Assembly (NCBI GenBank): GCA_043745805.1
Contig: JAYTSD010000032.1
Coordinates: 1 to 64,000 of the forward strand
Direction of reading: 5' to 3'
Source: Fibrobacteria bacterium
Lineage (GTDB): Bacteria; Fibrobacterota; Fibrobacteria; UBA11236
Length of the DNA stretch: 64,000 bases
Of the stretch, positions 10,901 through 19,093 are shown piece by piece. Position 1 is the first letter of the stretch. Each line of letters begins with the position of its first letter. The notes under the pieces were generated by a model. That model was not told the origin of the DNA and did no database searches. It saw only the letters and a program-made list of their open reading frames with translations. Position numbers and translations under genes: made by a program.

Positions 10901-11004
10901 TTTTCATTACTGTGAGCGGCATTTGATCTTACTAGCATTTCGACAATGGAAATGTCGAGCCAACCATTACTTCCTGTTAATATGGGGATTCCAACGCGAA
11001 TCAT
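7993..11004 (-). CDS. Multidomain glycosyltransferase (partial GT4-like + GT2 + GT4)
   Basis: WIPDLQH N-terminal module; GT2 VSAIVSAYN...VVDSGS...NANTDD; GT4 RKNP and DVYVSLHRAEGLGLGMMECM. Confidence 0.88.
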   Translation of the reverse strand: MIRVGIPILTGSNGWLDISIVEMLVRSNAAHSNENSLKISLVIRTETVKNLEHYQSFISLFHEIIFWAPQDISSSHSSKMLICHNREELFQLIDVYFPLPMDVWTDYCAISWIPDLQHRFFPNSFSGQEYENRERDLGKIARESRYLIVNSQMDEQNFRTFFPESKAIIRILPFPTWVNFNTLKLSSALAIAENIESINSFPLNFENCINEAIQIFSHSEKNPSQENKSSAIIEVTEQILVSAIVSAYNSAKLLPACLEDLAAQTLGNKLEVIVVDSGSEQDEGRIVESFRHRIPNLHYIRSAREPLYAAWNRGVNLARGKYITNANTDDSHTFNALEILAKKLDQNPEADFAYAWCDWTNIPNAIFGKDNGYRNIKYPKWDPAQGMLWCFLGPHPMWRKSLFSKTGIFDPNFFAAGDLEFQIRTILHNSHGILVPETLSLFYQNPEGLTYQNQRSSEEITLINGRYRKLMPIGKLWKIDSENPEAVARAWTAQGCLALNYTPPWLDDPVLDPQYALLCFKQALQVSPNYREAINGLEALGERGHPAETPVHESLLHYGKKNPSLERATWSPVSYPNSENKNPTVALNFSEVKTIEKKIHRSDKPGFNIIGFLTSNIGLGVAARNTVKLLKSLGYEVALLDIDSGLGRSRRDLSLDIELWTSLDPMPHAINLFHINPYEVGMLMREPPSSLRIENHLNICVPFWELSRIPNDWVPILESMDAVLAPTQFVANAIASCISKTAVRYYPQTVDLPSNIFADRARWNLPENAIVFGFSFDFTSVFERKNPIGVIQLFLKVFTGRNDVILMIKMNHIEAAPKYGQIASKLEEFTCEHRNIRFIRDSIPYNEVMSLMACWDVYVSLHRAEGLGLGMMECMSMGKAALATGWSGNMDFMHEGNSVLVKHKLIPVDPYCAYAQLLFGENDLLWADPDLDDAAVWMKRLVEDPLWRKRLGENARASMLARDEEVAQGKVFTQVEEIFRLWKYQQSISAKSIPIVKTLKVLV

Positions 11005-11171
11005 GTAGTGAATTTATTTATTCGCAAATGTAAAATAGCCATCTTACTATAATATCATAGAGCCCTATTTTAATTCAATATTGAATAGCAAATACATTAG
11101 CAGATAAGCAATAGTTTAGGCATTCTTTAAGGGGATAGTTAAAGTAAAATAATAATGGAACAAGGGTTTAT

Positions 11172-11215
11172 AAAAAAAATGCAACCATTACTTTAAAAGG
11201 TAATGACCGCATTTT
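11172..11215 (-). terminator. Rho-independent terminator of the GSDH/F5-8C gene
   Basis: Minus strand ATGCGGTCATTAC-loop-GTAATGGTTGCAT (with G-U pairs) followed by a T run, about 60 nt after the stop at 11275. Confidence 0.75.
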
Positions 11216-11274
11216 AAGTAAAGTACTTTCCAAAAAAATAGTATAAATATTAATATCTATACTAAATATAAAAA

Positions 11275-14200
11275 TTAATTTCCGTAAACCTTTAATTCAA
11301 ATATAGAATAGCCCCAGCCGGTACCACGCTTAATACCTTTCATACGGACATAACGACCTGTGCCAATTAATCCGGTATGGTTTTCGGTTCCGCCAATACC
11401 GCCGCGTACGGCTTTGAGTAATGTCCATGCTGTGGCATCCGGGGAGGATTGTAAATCAAAGTCTTTGCCATAAGCGCCTTCCCATATAATATTAATCCGA
11501 GTAATATTTTTGCTTGCGCCTAAGTCTAAATAAACCCATTCGGAATCCGCATCTACTGCTGCTTTTCCACTATAATTCGATTCCCAACGTGTATTTGCAA
11601 TACCATCTACAATCAGTTTAGGCAAATTGGTGCCTAGGGAAGAGGATGCAAAACCAGGTGTATTTGTTGTAGTAAGAAGAACTTCTATCGGGTTAACCAC
11701 ATCCACTAAAAAAGTTGCCTGTGCTGTAACATTGCTGTTAATGGCTGAAAGTGTAAGTGCAGCTGCAGTTAGGCTGCTTGCTGTTACTGTTCCATTTACA
11801 GTCCAATGATCAAAATGATTTCCGCTAGTAGCCGTTGCGGTGAATGAGGTGCTTCCTCCTGCGGCAATGGTTTGTACGCTATTCGGAGAAATGCTTCCCT
11901 GTCCCGCAGCCACCGAAGGGGTAACGGAATAATTTGTGACTGTGCCGGTTGGGCCATAAACTTTTAATTCAAATATGGAATAGCCCCAACCTGTGCCACG
12001 TTTAATCCCTTTCATACGGAGATAACGACCTGTGCCATTTAATCCGGTATGATTTTCGGTTCCACCTAAGCCACCGCGTACTGCTTTAAGAAGCGTCCAA
12101 GTTACGGCATCCGTCGAAGTTTGTAAATCATAATCTTTACCATAAGCGCCTTCCCATACAATATTCACATGCGTGATATTTTTGGAAGCTCCCAAATCCA
12201 AATAAACCCATTCAGAGTCCGCATCAACGGCAGTCTTTCCGCTAAAATTTGATTCCCAACGAGTGTTTGTAATTCCATCCACCACAAGTTTCGGTAAATT
12301 GGTGCCTGTTGAGGACGATGCAAATCCGGGCGTACTGGTAGTCGTAAGAAGAATTTCATTAACTACATCTGCTAAAAAAGTGGCTTGTACAGTAACATTA
12401 CTGTTAATGGCTGAGAGTGTGAGTGAGGCTGCGGTGAGACTGCTAGTAGTGGCTGTTCCATTTACCGTCCAGTGATCAAAATGAAACCCGCTGGTTGGAG
12501 TTGCTGTGAAAGAAGTCGAACCACCTGCGGCAATGGTTTGCGCACTATTGGGAGAAACGCTTCCTTGTCCTGCGGCAACTGAAGGGGTAACGGAAAAGTT
12601 AGTGGTGGTAATATCCATTCCCAATACTTTAAATTCATAAATGGAATAACCATAAATGGTGTAACGAAGAATACCCTTCATACGCACATAACGCCCAATG
12701 CCATTTAAGGTAACATGTAATTCTTGACCGCCGATAGCATCTCGGACGGCCTTAAGTAGCGTCCAGGTTACGGCATCATTGGAGACTTGTAAATCATATT
12801 CTTGTGCATAGGCACCTTCCCAGTTTATACTTACGGAGGTGATTTTTTTAGGGGAGCCCAAGTCCACATATATCCATTCGGCATCCGCATCGGCGGATGT
12901 TTTTCCCACATAATTTGATTCCCAACGTGTAGAGGCGTTGCCGTCGAGAGCTAAATTTGGAGTATTGCCGCCTTTTGAGGAAGAGGCAACTACTGGGGTT
13001 GTTGCTGAGGTTAAAGTTTTTTCATTAGGATCTGGAACATAAGGAATAAAATTTGCAGTAACATTGGTATTACTACTTGGAGTGATATACGTGTGCGTAA
13101 ATGCTCCGCCATCGCTCCAATTACTAAAGATATAATATTGGCCATTTAATAATTGTGGCGTAATAGCTTCCAATGTTCTTTCAATTCCTGCAACTCCAAT
13201 AAAAGAAGTGGGGGCGGTAAATGCTGTGCCATCAAGCTTTAGTTTGAGGCCTACAGGTGAGGTTATTAAGGATACCGTGGCCTTGACAGGAAGGACATCT
13301 ATGGAATCGATTTTGGTTAAACCTTTACTGTCAATAACGGTGAGATAAATCCGGAAAAAAACTCTATCCGAAGGCTCACCTGAAGTAGGAACAACAAAGC
13401 TACCCGATTTACTTCCTGTAGCATTTAAAAAAGTATGTGGATGTAAAAAAGCGCCTTCATGCCAAAACTTAACCAACCAGGTAAATGCTGTGGCAGGGAG
13501 CACGCCGTCTTCGGGATCATTACCTGTTGCACTATAATTAATGGTTTGTCCACCGGAATACGTGCTATTCAAAGCTGGGCTGGTAAAGGCTAATGTGGGC
13601 GGTAAATCATCTACCACGGTTAAAGTCGCCGCCGTGCTGGTGGAGGTGCCAAAAGTGTTTTGAACTATTGCAAGGTATTGGGTATTGTTATCGGCAAGTT
13701 GAGGTGAAGGTAAAGTGTAGCTTGCAGCAGTCGCTCCGGAGATATTCACACCGTTTTTTTGCCATTGATAATTTAAAGGGAGGCCTCCCGATGCCACTAC
13801 TGTGAAAGTAGCACTTTTACCAATGCCTACAATTAAACTTTTAGGGGCATCGGAAATAGCGGGTGCTAGGCTTCCGGTGTAGGAAATTTTTCGTAAAGTT
13901 CCTGTAATAGATAAATAATAAATGGCGCCATCGGGACTAACTTTAATGTCAACGGGTTGTACAGCACCTGTGGAAAAATCGGAAAGTGTATTGGTGGCAG
14001 GATTTAAATCACGAATCCATCCGGAACAATAATCTGCGAAAAAATAATGGCCATAATAAGAAGAAGGAAACTGCTGGGTTGCGGGTTCATAGAAGTCACC
14101 TCCAATAATGGAACAACCTTCTTTATGATCATAAAAATAATACGGATCTTTGTAAGCGGGGTTACTCACTTTACCTTCAGCGGCAGGCCAACCATAGTTC

Positions 14201-15042
14201 GCGCCTTTTACGCCTTCATTTAATTCTTCCCAAGTTTGGTCGCCTACATCATTAATAAAAAGTCGACCCGTGCTATTTTGGAAAGCAAATGTGAAAGGGT
14301 TGCGTAAGCCTAGAGCCCAAATAGATTGGTTTTTGCCTGTCGTAGTGCTTAAAAAAGGATTGTCTGTGGGTATGCTTCCATCTTTATTGATGCGTAAAAT
14401 TTTTCCTAACATGGAATTCATATCTTGTGCATTAGGACCATTGGCATTTTCTCCGGTAGCGATATAAAGCTTTCCATCTTTACCGAAATGCACACCGCCG
14501 CCATTATGAATACCTGAGGAACCTAAAAGTGTTAATTCTAATAAAACCAATTCACTGCCTGCCAAAACAGTATCAGGATTGGTATTAGAAACTGTAAAGC
14601 GGCTTACACGATTATGATTTCCACCACTTGCTGTGGTGTAATAAACATATACGAATTTTTCGGTAGCAAAATTTGGATCAAAGGCCATGCCTAGCATTCC
14701 TCTTTCACCAGAAGGGTCTACGGCAGTGGCGAGGAATGGCGAGGCCAATAAATTTCCATTTTTATATAGGCGTATGCGGCCGCCTTTTTCGCAGATAAAT
14801 AATCGACCATCAGCCGCAAAGGTCATGGAAACGGGTTCGGAAAGTCCTGATAGGATTTGTGCATCGCTAAATTGGCTCGGTACTGTGGACAATGCGTAGT
14901 GAATACCGGAATTATGATTTCGATTTTCCTCATCGGTAATTTGCATGCATCCAAAAAGTGAAATCAATAAAGCGGCGACTATATAGCGTAAATTTTTAAA
15001 AAAAAGCGCATGGAGAAGCCCTTGGCCAAAGCGAATGGTCAT
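11275..15042 (-). CDS. Lipoprotein: PQQ-dependent glucose/sorbosone dehydrogenase domain, Ig-like domains, three F5/8 type C (discoidin) domains
   Basis: Lipobox LFGC; ERGMLGMAFDP, HNGGGVHFGKDGKLY, GLRNPF, NYGWP; three copies of TRWES...EWxYxDLG...GRYxRMKG...YSIxExKV. Confidence 0.9.
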   Translation of the reverse strand: MTIRFGQGLLHALFFKNLRYIVAALLISLFGCMQITDEENRNHNSGIHYALSTVPSQFSDAQILSGLSEPVSMTFAADGRLFICEKGGRIRLYKNGNLLASPFLATAVDPSGERGMLGMAFDPNFATEKFVYVYYTTASGGNHNRVSRFTVSNTNPDTVLAGSELVLLELTLLGSSGIHNGGGVHFGKDGKLYIATGENANGPNAQDMNSMLGKILRINKDGSIPTDNPFLSTTTGKNQSIWALGLRNPFTFAFQNSTGRLFINDVGDQTWEELNEGVKGANYGWPAAEGKVSNPAYKDPYYFYDHKEGCSIIGGDFYEPATQQFPSSYYGHYFFADYCSGWIRDLNPATNTLSDFSTGAVQPVDIKVSPDGAIYYLSITGTLRKISYTGSLAPAISDAPKSLIVGIGKSATFTVVASGGLPLNYQWQKNGVNISGATAASYTLPSPQLADNNTQYLAIVQNTFGTSTSTAATLTVVDDLPPTLAFTSPALNSTYSGGQTINYSATGNDPEDGVLPATAFTWLVKFWHEGAFLHPHTFLNATGSKSGSFVVPTSGEPSDRVFFRIYLTVIDSKGLTKIDSIDVLPVKATVSLITSPVGLKLKLDGTAFTAPTSFIGVAGIERTLEAITPQLLNGQYYIFSNWSDGGAFTHTYITPSSNTNVTANFIPYVPDPNEKTLTSATTPVVASSSKGGNTPNLALDGNASTRWESNYVGKTSADADAEWIYVDLGSPKKITSVSINWEGAYAQEYDLQVSNDAVTWTLLKAVRDAIGGQELHVTLNGIGRYVRMKGILRYTIYGYSIYEFKVLGMDITTTNFSVTPSVAAGQGSVSPNSAQTIAAGGSTSFTATPTSGFHFDHWTVNGTATTSSLTAASLTLSAINSNVTVQATFLADVVNEILLTTTSTPGFASSSTGTNLPKLVVDGITNTRWESNFSGKTAVDADSEWVYLDLGASKNITHVNIVWEGAYGKDYDLQTSTDAVTWTLLKAVRGGLGGTENHTGLNGTGRYLRMKGIKRGTGWGYSIFELKVYGPTGTVTNYSVTPSVAAGQGSISPNSVQTIAAGGSTSFTATATSGNHFDHWTVNGTVTASSLTAAALTLSAINSNVTAQATFLVDVVNPIEVLLTTTNTPGFASSSLGTNLPKLIVDGIANTRWESNYSGKAAVDADSEWVYLDLGASKNITRINIIWEGAYGKDFDLQSSPDATAWTLLKAVRGGIGGTENHTGLIGTGRYVRMKGIKRGTGWGYSIFELKVYGN
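11278..13020 (-). repeat. Intragenic tandem repeat, about 670 bp period (linker Ig-like + F5/8C unit)
   Basis: TTTAATTCAAATATrGAATAGCCCCA recurs near 11291 and 11963, with a more diverged copy near 12628. SVTPSVAAGQGS...HFDHWTVNGT occurs twice. Confidence 0.85.
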
Positions 15043-15329
15043 AATAAATCCTTTGATAGAGAAGTTTGATTTAGCAGCTAGATTGTGCTAATTGAGTACT
15101 AAAATATTCTATAACGCTAAATATATATTTCTGACGTATGATTTTGAGTACTTATACCATAAAAATATTTTTGCAATAAATCTGCAATTGGTTTGGGTTT
15201 AATTACTTCTTTACGGTAATGGGAGCTTTTTTGTTTCCAATAAAATTGGCGATTAATTCCGTGGCTGCGGACCATTGACAGGTGGTCCAATGAACCGCAG
15301 TAATTAATGTCTGTGCTTTGATAAGCGAA

Positions 15330-17585
15330 TTATTTATTGCGAATAAACCCAAATCGTGAAACGATATTTTTACTCTTAGGTTTTATACTCAGGACTTCGC
15401 CTTGGCTACCCGTAATTTGACCCGGCTGTTCTCTTACCGATATGGTACCCTTCATAATATAAGCTCCCGTTCCAATGGCGTTACCATCACGAGCGATAGG
15501 TAAAAAGGTTAAGTATACCGGAATTGAATCGTTAGGATTGGGTGCCATCGCTCTGATTTGTGCGAATTGTGCCGCATTAATTTCACCATCGGCTTTGTTT
15601 ACAAAAGTACCCAAGTTATCAAATATTTTTATGGAATAGCTAAAGGGATATTTGGTATTTACTCTCCAAGTGGGTCCAACTGTGGCATCTACAACAAGTC
15701 CGCTCTTTAAATTAGTAGGTAATACCGATTGGATTTGTGGATTAGTGCAATTGAGGCAAGCCCCTTTATTATTATGTATCACAATTACGCTATCTATGGG
15801 TTTTAAATTCAAATCAACCGATTCGGTTAGGCCTTTCACAATTCCTAAATCCACTTCGGCAATGGCGGTTGCGGCTTCGCCTCCAATCGGTACAAAGATT
15901 TGCATTTTACTGAGATTTCCTTTGGTATCCTTGAGCCCAGAATTAACCGTAACACGCAAGCTATCATTAGGTAAAGGGTATTTTTTGGAATCGGCGGCAA
16001 AGGTATAACGATATTGGCCAGGCGCAATTAATTCCACTTTGGCAATGCTAATTTCCGCTCCATTGACTAAGCCATTATTTCGTTTCACATCGAAAGGGAA
16101 GGCTTTGGAATTTAAGTCAATATTAACAGGTTCGCTAAAGGTGATTTCAATGGTAGAAGGAACCTTTGAATCGAGGGAAGGTACTGCCTTGGCAGATTTT
16201 ACTAAAGGGCCAACGCTATCGTCCATGGGAACCGAAATATCATCCACATTCGCGAGCAATTGATTATTGTCAAAATTTGTACCATAGGAAAATGGTGTAG
16301 TTAAAGTTACGGTAACCTTTTTGTTAACCGGAGCTGTTGGGGTAGGTATGGCAACACTTGCCTTATTAAAGGGGTCGGTGAGTTTAATAACCTTTGGTGT
16401 GGTTGTGGTGGCAGTGTCATAAATTAATACAGCGGTTTCGATGCGGCCGTCGCCATTGAGGTCTTGATAGTAACCTTTGATGGGCTTGGCGATTTTTTGT
16501 GCGATAATTTTTACATAAATAACAGTGGTTCCTGGATTAGCAGGATCGGTGCTTGTGAAAGTAAGTTTTTGAATACCGCTAGGGGAATTATCTGGAACAA
16601 GGGTTTGAGTTCCTGGTAGGAGTGGTGTTGACCCTAATGTCCATGTTCCTGTAATAGGATCTTTTTTTTGCGAGGCTACATTATCGCAATCGATAGTTTG
16701 AGTGACAGAGTGAATATTATACGCAAAAAAATCTTTACTTCCCCCACCCTGAATAACGGTTACCGTATCTCCTGAAGGAATAGCGTTACCATTTTTATCG
16801 GCTAATTGCAATCCGATGGTTGAAGGGATAAGGTCAAAACTTGTGGTAACCTGTAAATGTGATCCCGTTGCTTGTCTTTCACAAAAAAAGAAATCAAAAT
16901 TATAATAGTTATCCAAAGCAATATTTAATTGGTTTTTCTGATTATCTAAATTGATTAAGCCTTGTCCATTATTTTGGCGACCACCTAAATCTAATGCTAA
17001 GGTATTGTTTACAAAAACCCATACATCATCATCACCTTTGAAATTCAAAACTTCACCACCACGATATTTAAAAGTGGCATGCATTTCCATGCAAAAATGA
17101 AAATTATGTTGTTGTCCATCATCACCTTTAAAAGTTTCACCAGTGACAGCTTCGTTTGTAGGATTAGGTGCTTTTACAAGAGTTTGAGAAGGAGGAATTT
17201 TAACCATATCGATGGGAAAAAAAATAGGATCGTCCTTTGTATAAGTATTTAATGTATTCGGAACTTTATCCAAAATTAACTCTTGGCAATAACGTTTGTT
17301 CAAACCAGAGACATCATGAAACCATTCACTTATTTTATAGGTAGGACATGGGCTACCAGGAGCATCAACAGGTTTGCGATCTGTTCCTAGGGTTGTTTGA
17401 ACAAGTCCTTTTAACCCACCTCCATCCGTATTACATGTTTTCGGTAGTGAAAAATCAGGAGCAGAAACATTAAAATCACGAATGGATACAGGAAAGGGTT
17501 TTGTTTGTGCATTCAGCATCACCGGTAATAAAATCAACGGAGTCGATAATAAAAGAATTTTTCTGGAAATTGTCTTCAATAACAT
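15330..17585 (-). CDS. Fibro-slime domain secreted protein with FlgD-Ig-like C-terminal module
   Basis: HNFHFCMEMHATFKYRGGEVLNFKGDDDVWVFVNNTLALDLGG...FFFCERQ is the fibro-slime/PA14-like motif. Tail IFDNLGTFV...GTGAYI. ATG 17585 follows AGGGA. Confidence 0.88.
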   Translation of the reverse strand: MLLKTISRKILLLSTPLILLPVMLNAQTKPFPVSIRDFNVSAPDFSLPKTCNTDGGGLKGLVQTTLGTDRKPVDAPGSPCPTYKISEWFHDVSGLNKRYCQELILDKVPNTLNTYTKDDPIFFPIDMVKIPPSQTLVKAPNPTNEAVTGETFKGDDGQQHNFHFCMEMHATFKYRGGEVLNFKGDDDVWVFVNNTLALDLGGRQNNGQGLINLDNQKNQLNIALDNYYNFDFFFCERQATGSHLQVTTSFDLIPSTIGLQLADKNGNAIPSGDTVTVIQGGGSKDFFAYNIHSVTQTIDCDNVASQKKDPITGTWTLGSTPLLPGTQTLVPDNSPSGIQKLTFTSTDPANPGTTVIYVKIIAQKIAKPIKGYYQDLNGDGRIETAVLIYDTATTTTPKVIKLTDPFNKASVAIPTPTAPVNKKVTVTLTTPFSYGTNFDNNQLLANVDDISVPMDDSVGPLVKSAKAVPSLDSKVPSTIEITFSEPVNIDLNSKAFPFDVKRNNGLVNGAEISIAKVELIAPGQYRYTFAADSKKYPLPNDSLRVTVNSGLKDTKGNLSKMQIFVPIGGEAATAIAEVDLGIVKGLTESVDLNLKPIDSVIVIHNNKGACLNCTNPQIQSVLPTNLKSGLVVDATVGPTWRVNTKYPFSYSIKIFDNLGTFVNKADGEINAAQFAQIRAMAPNPNDSIPVYLTFLPIARDGNAIGTGAYIMKGTISVREQPGQITGSQGEVLSIKPKSKNIVSRFGFIRNK

Positions 17586-17845
17586 AAAGTCCCTTATTTT
17601 AGTTTGTTCCTGCAAGCAGGAAAAAAAATCTTGGGCTTGGAAAGCCGCGACTAGTTTATCCTCAACTTAATTCATTACCTAGTTAAAACGTTCTCATTTG
17701 AGAAAAGAACAATTACTAAGGTTGCTGAGGACTTAAATCTATGTCCGTGCTTAAGATAGGGCACAAGGGCGATTTGGTTAGAGAGTATATTTTCGAGTTT
17801 GGGGGCAATATGACCCTGACCGCGTCCTTACACAATAATTTTTGT

Positions 17846-19087
17846 TTAAAAGCCGTCGAGCACTTGAAAAGGAAATTTTGAGCTATCCAAAGCTTCGATA
17901 ATTTTTTCATTGGACTCTTTGAGCAAATTCACTAAACCCATAGGCTTCCCTTGTAAACTCACGCCTTTTTCATTGATTAAAATCGCTATTAAAGGCTTCG
18001 CAGGATCTTCCTCAAAAACACCTACCACCTTACCAACTTTTTGTGAGGCCAATTTTATATAAGACCCCAAAGGATACGTTCCGATATACTTGGTTAGACC
18101 CTGAATGAGCGTACCATCCAATAAATTCATTTGTCCCATTTTTGAAACTCTGTCTAAGGCAGTGGCAGGAGTCAACGCTTCACGGTGAGAACGTTTATGT
18201 ATCATGGCCGCTAAAGTATCGGTAATGCTAATAATACGCGCCGTAGGAGGAATTTGTTTACTTGATCGTTGATGGGGGTAACCTGCACCAGACAATCGCT
18301 CATGATGTTGATACACCACGGAAAAAATAATTTCTGTAAGCCCTTGGATTTTTTTGATTAACCCATATCCCGTGATGGGGTGTTTATGAATTTCATAAAG
18401 CTCTTCAGAGGTGAGTTTACCATTTTTATTTAAAATCGCCTCGGGTACCGCCAACATGCCAATGTCGGCTAGCAAGGCACCTTGGCCTATATCAATGATT
18501 TGTGCGCGTGAATATTGCAAAGCCGTAGCCGTGGCAATTGAAAGTAAGCATACATTAAAGGCATGCTGCGGTAAGGTGGGAGCAGTGAAGCTATGTTTCG
18601 ATAATGCAAAAGTTAACAGCAAGTGCCTATCTTTAGCAAAGGCATCAACCCAATCGGAAACAAAATTTTTTAAGTTCGCATTGTTACTGAGTTCCCCTAA
18701 GCAAATTTGATCATAAAATTCTTTGGTGACTCCAATGGCTTTTTCATACTGCTTCAACAAATTGGTTTTGTAAACGGGCAAGCGTTCATTATGGGCACAT
18801 TGAGTGAGGTTTTTTTGTAAGGCGATTCCTAAAGGTTGATGGGATTGCAAATCCTCGCGAATCCATTTGCTTTCTAGGCTTTTAAAGGCTTCCGTTTGCC
18901 TAGTTTTTTCATATAGAGATTCTACTGGATTTTTAACAGAGGGTTCGATTATTTCTTTTTTTAAAATATTAAATACTGGATCAAGGGAGTCGATAGTCGC
19001 TAAATCTTTAAAATCTATCGCCAAAATATTATCGAGTTCTTGATCATGAATTAAATCTTCAGCCGACATAATACTTTCCGTCACCAA
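17846..19087 (-). CDS. HD-GYP domain protein, degenerate
   Basis: HHERLSGAGYP and ILNKNGKLT are present, but the HD dyad reads LLADIGM. Confidence 0.85.
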   Translation of the reverse strand: MVTESIMSAEDLIHDQELDNILAIDFKDLATIDSLDPVFNILKKEIIEPSVKNPVESLYEKTRQTEAFKSLESKWIREDLQSHQPLGIALQKNLTQCAHNERLPVYKTNLLKQYEKAIGVTKEFYDQICLGELSNNANLKNFVSDWVDAFAKDRHLLLTFALSKHSFTAPTLPQHAFNVCLLSIATATALQYSRAQIIDIGQGALLADIGMLAVPEAILNKNGKLTSEELYEIHKHPITGYGLIKKIQGLTEIIFSVVYQHHERLSGAGYPHQRSSKQIPPTARIISITDTLAAMIHKRSHREALTPATALDRVSKMGQMNLLDGTLIQGLTKYIGTYPLGSYIKLASQKVGKVVGVFEEDPAKPLIAILINEKGVSLQGKPMGLVNLLKESNEKIIEALDSSKFPFQVLDGF

Positions 19088-19093
19088 TGCATT

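Noticed and set aside
11073-11086. 14-bp palindrome ATTCAATATTGAAT upstream of the glycosyltransferase
   Set aside because: Very AT-rich, plausible by chance, and no candidate regulator.
11278-13020. Long repeats considered as a CRISPR array or DGR template/variable pair
   Set aside because: They are in-frame protein domain repeats of about 670 bp, with no spacers, reverse transcriptase or cas genes nearby.
17716-17910. 64-aa minus-strand ORF
   Set aside because: Overlaps the HD-GYP 3' end and the upstream region of the next gene; no motif support.
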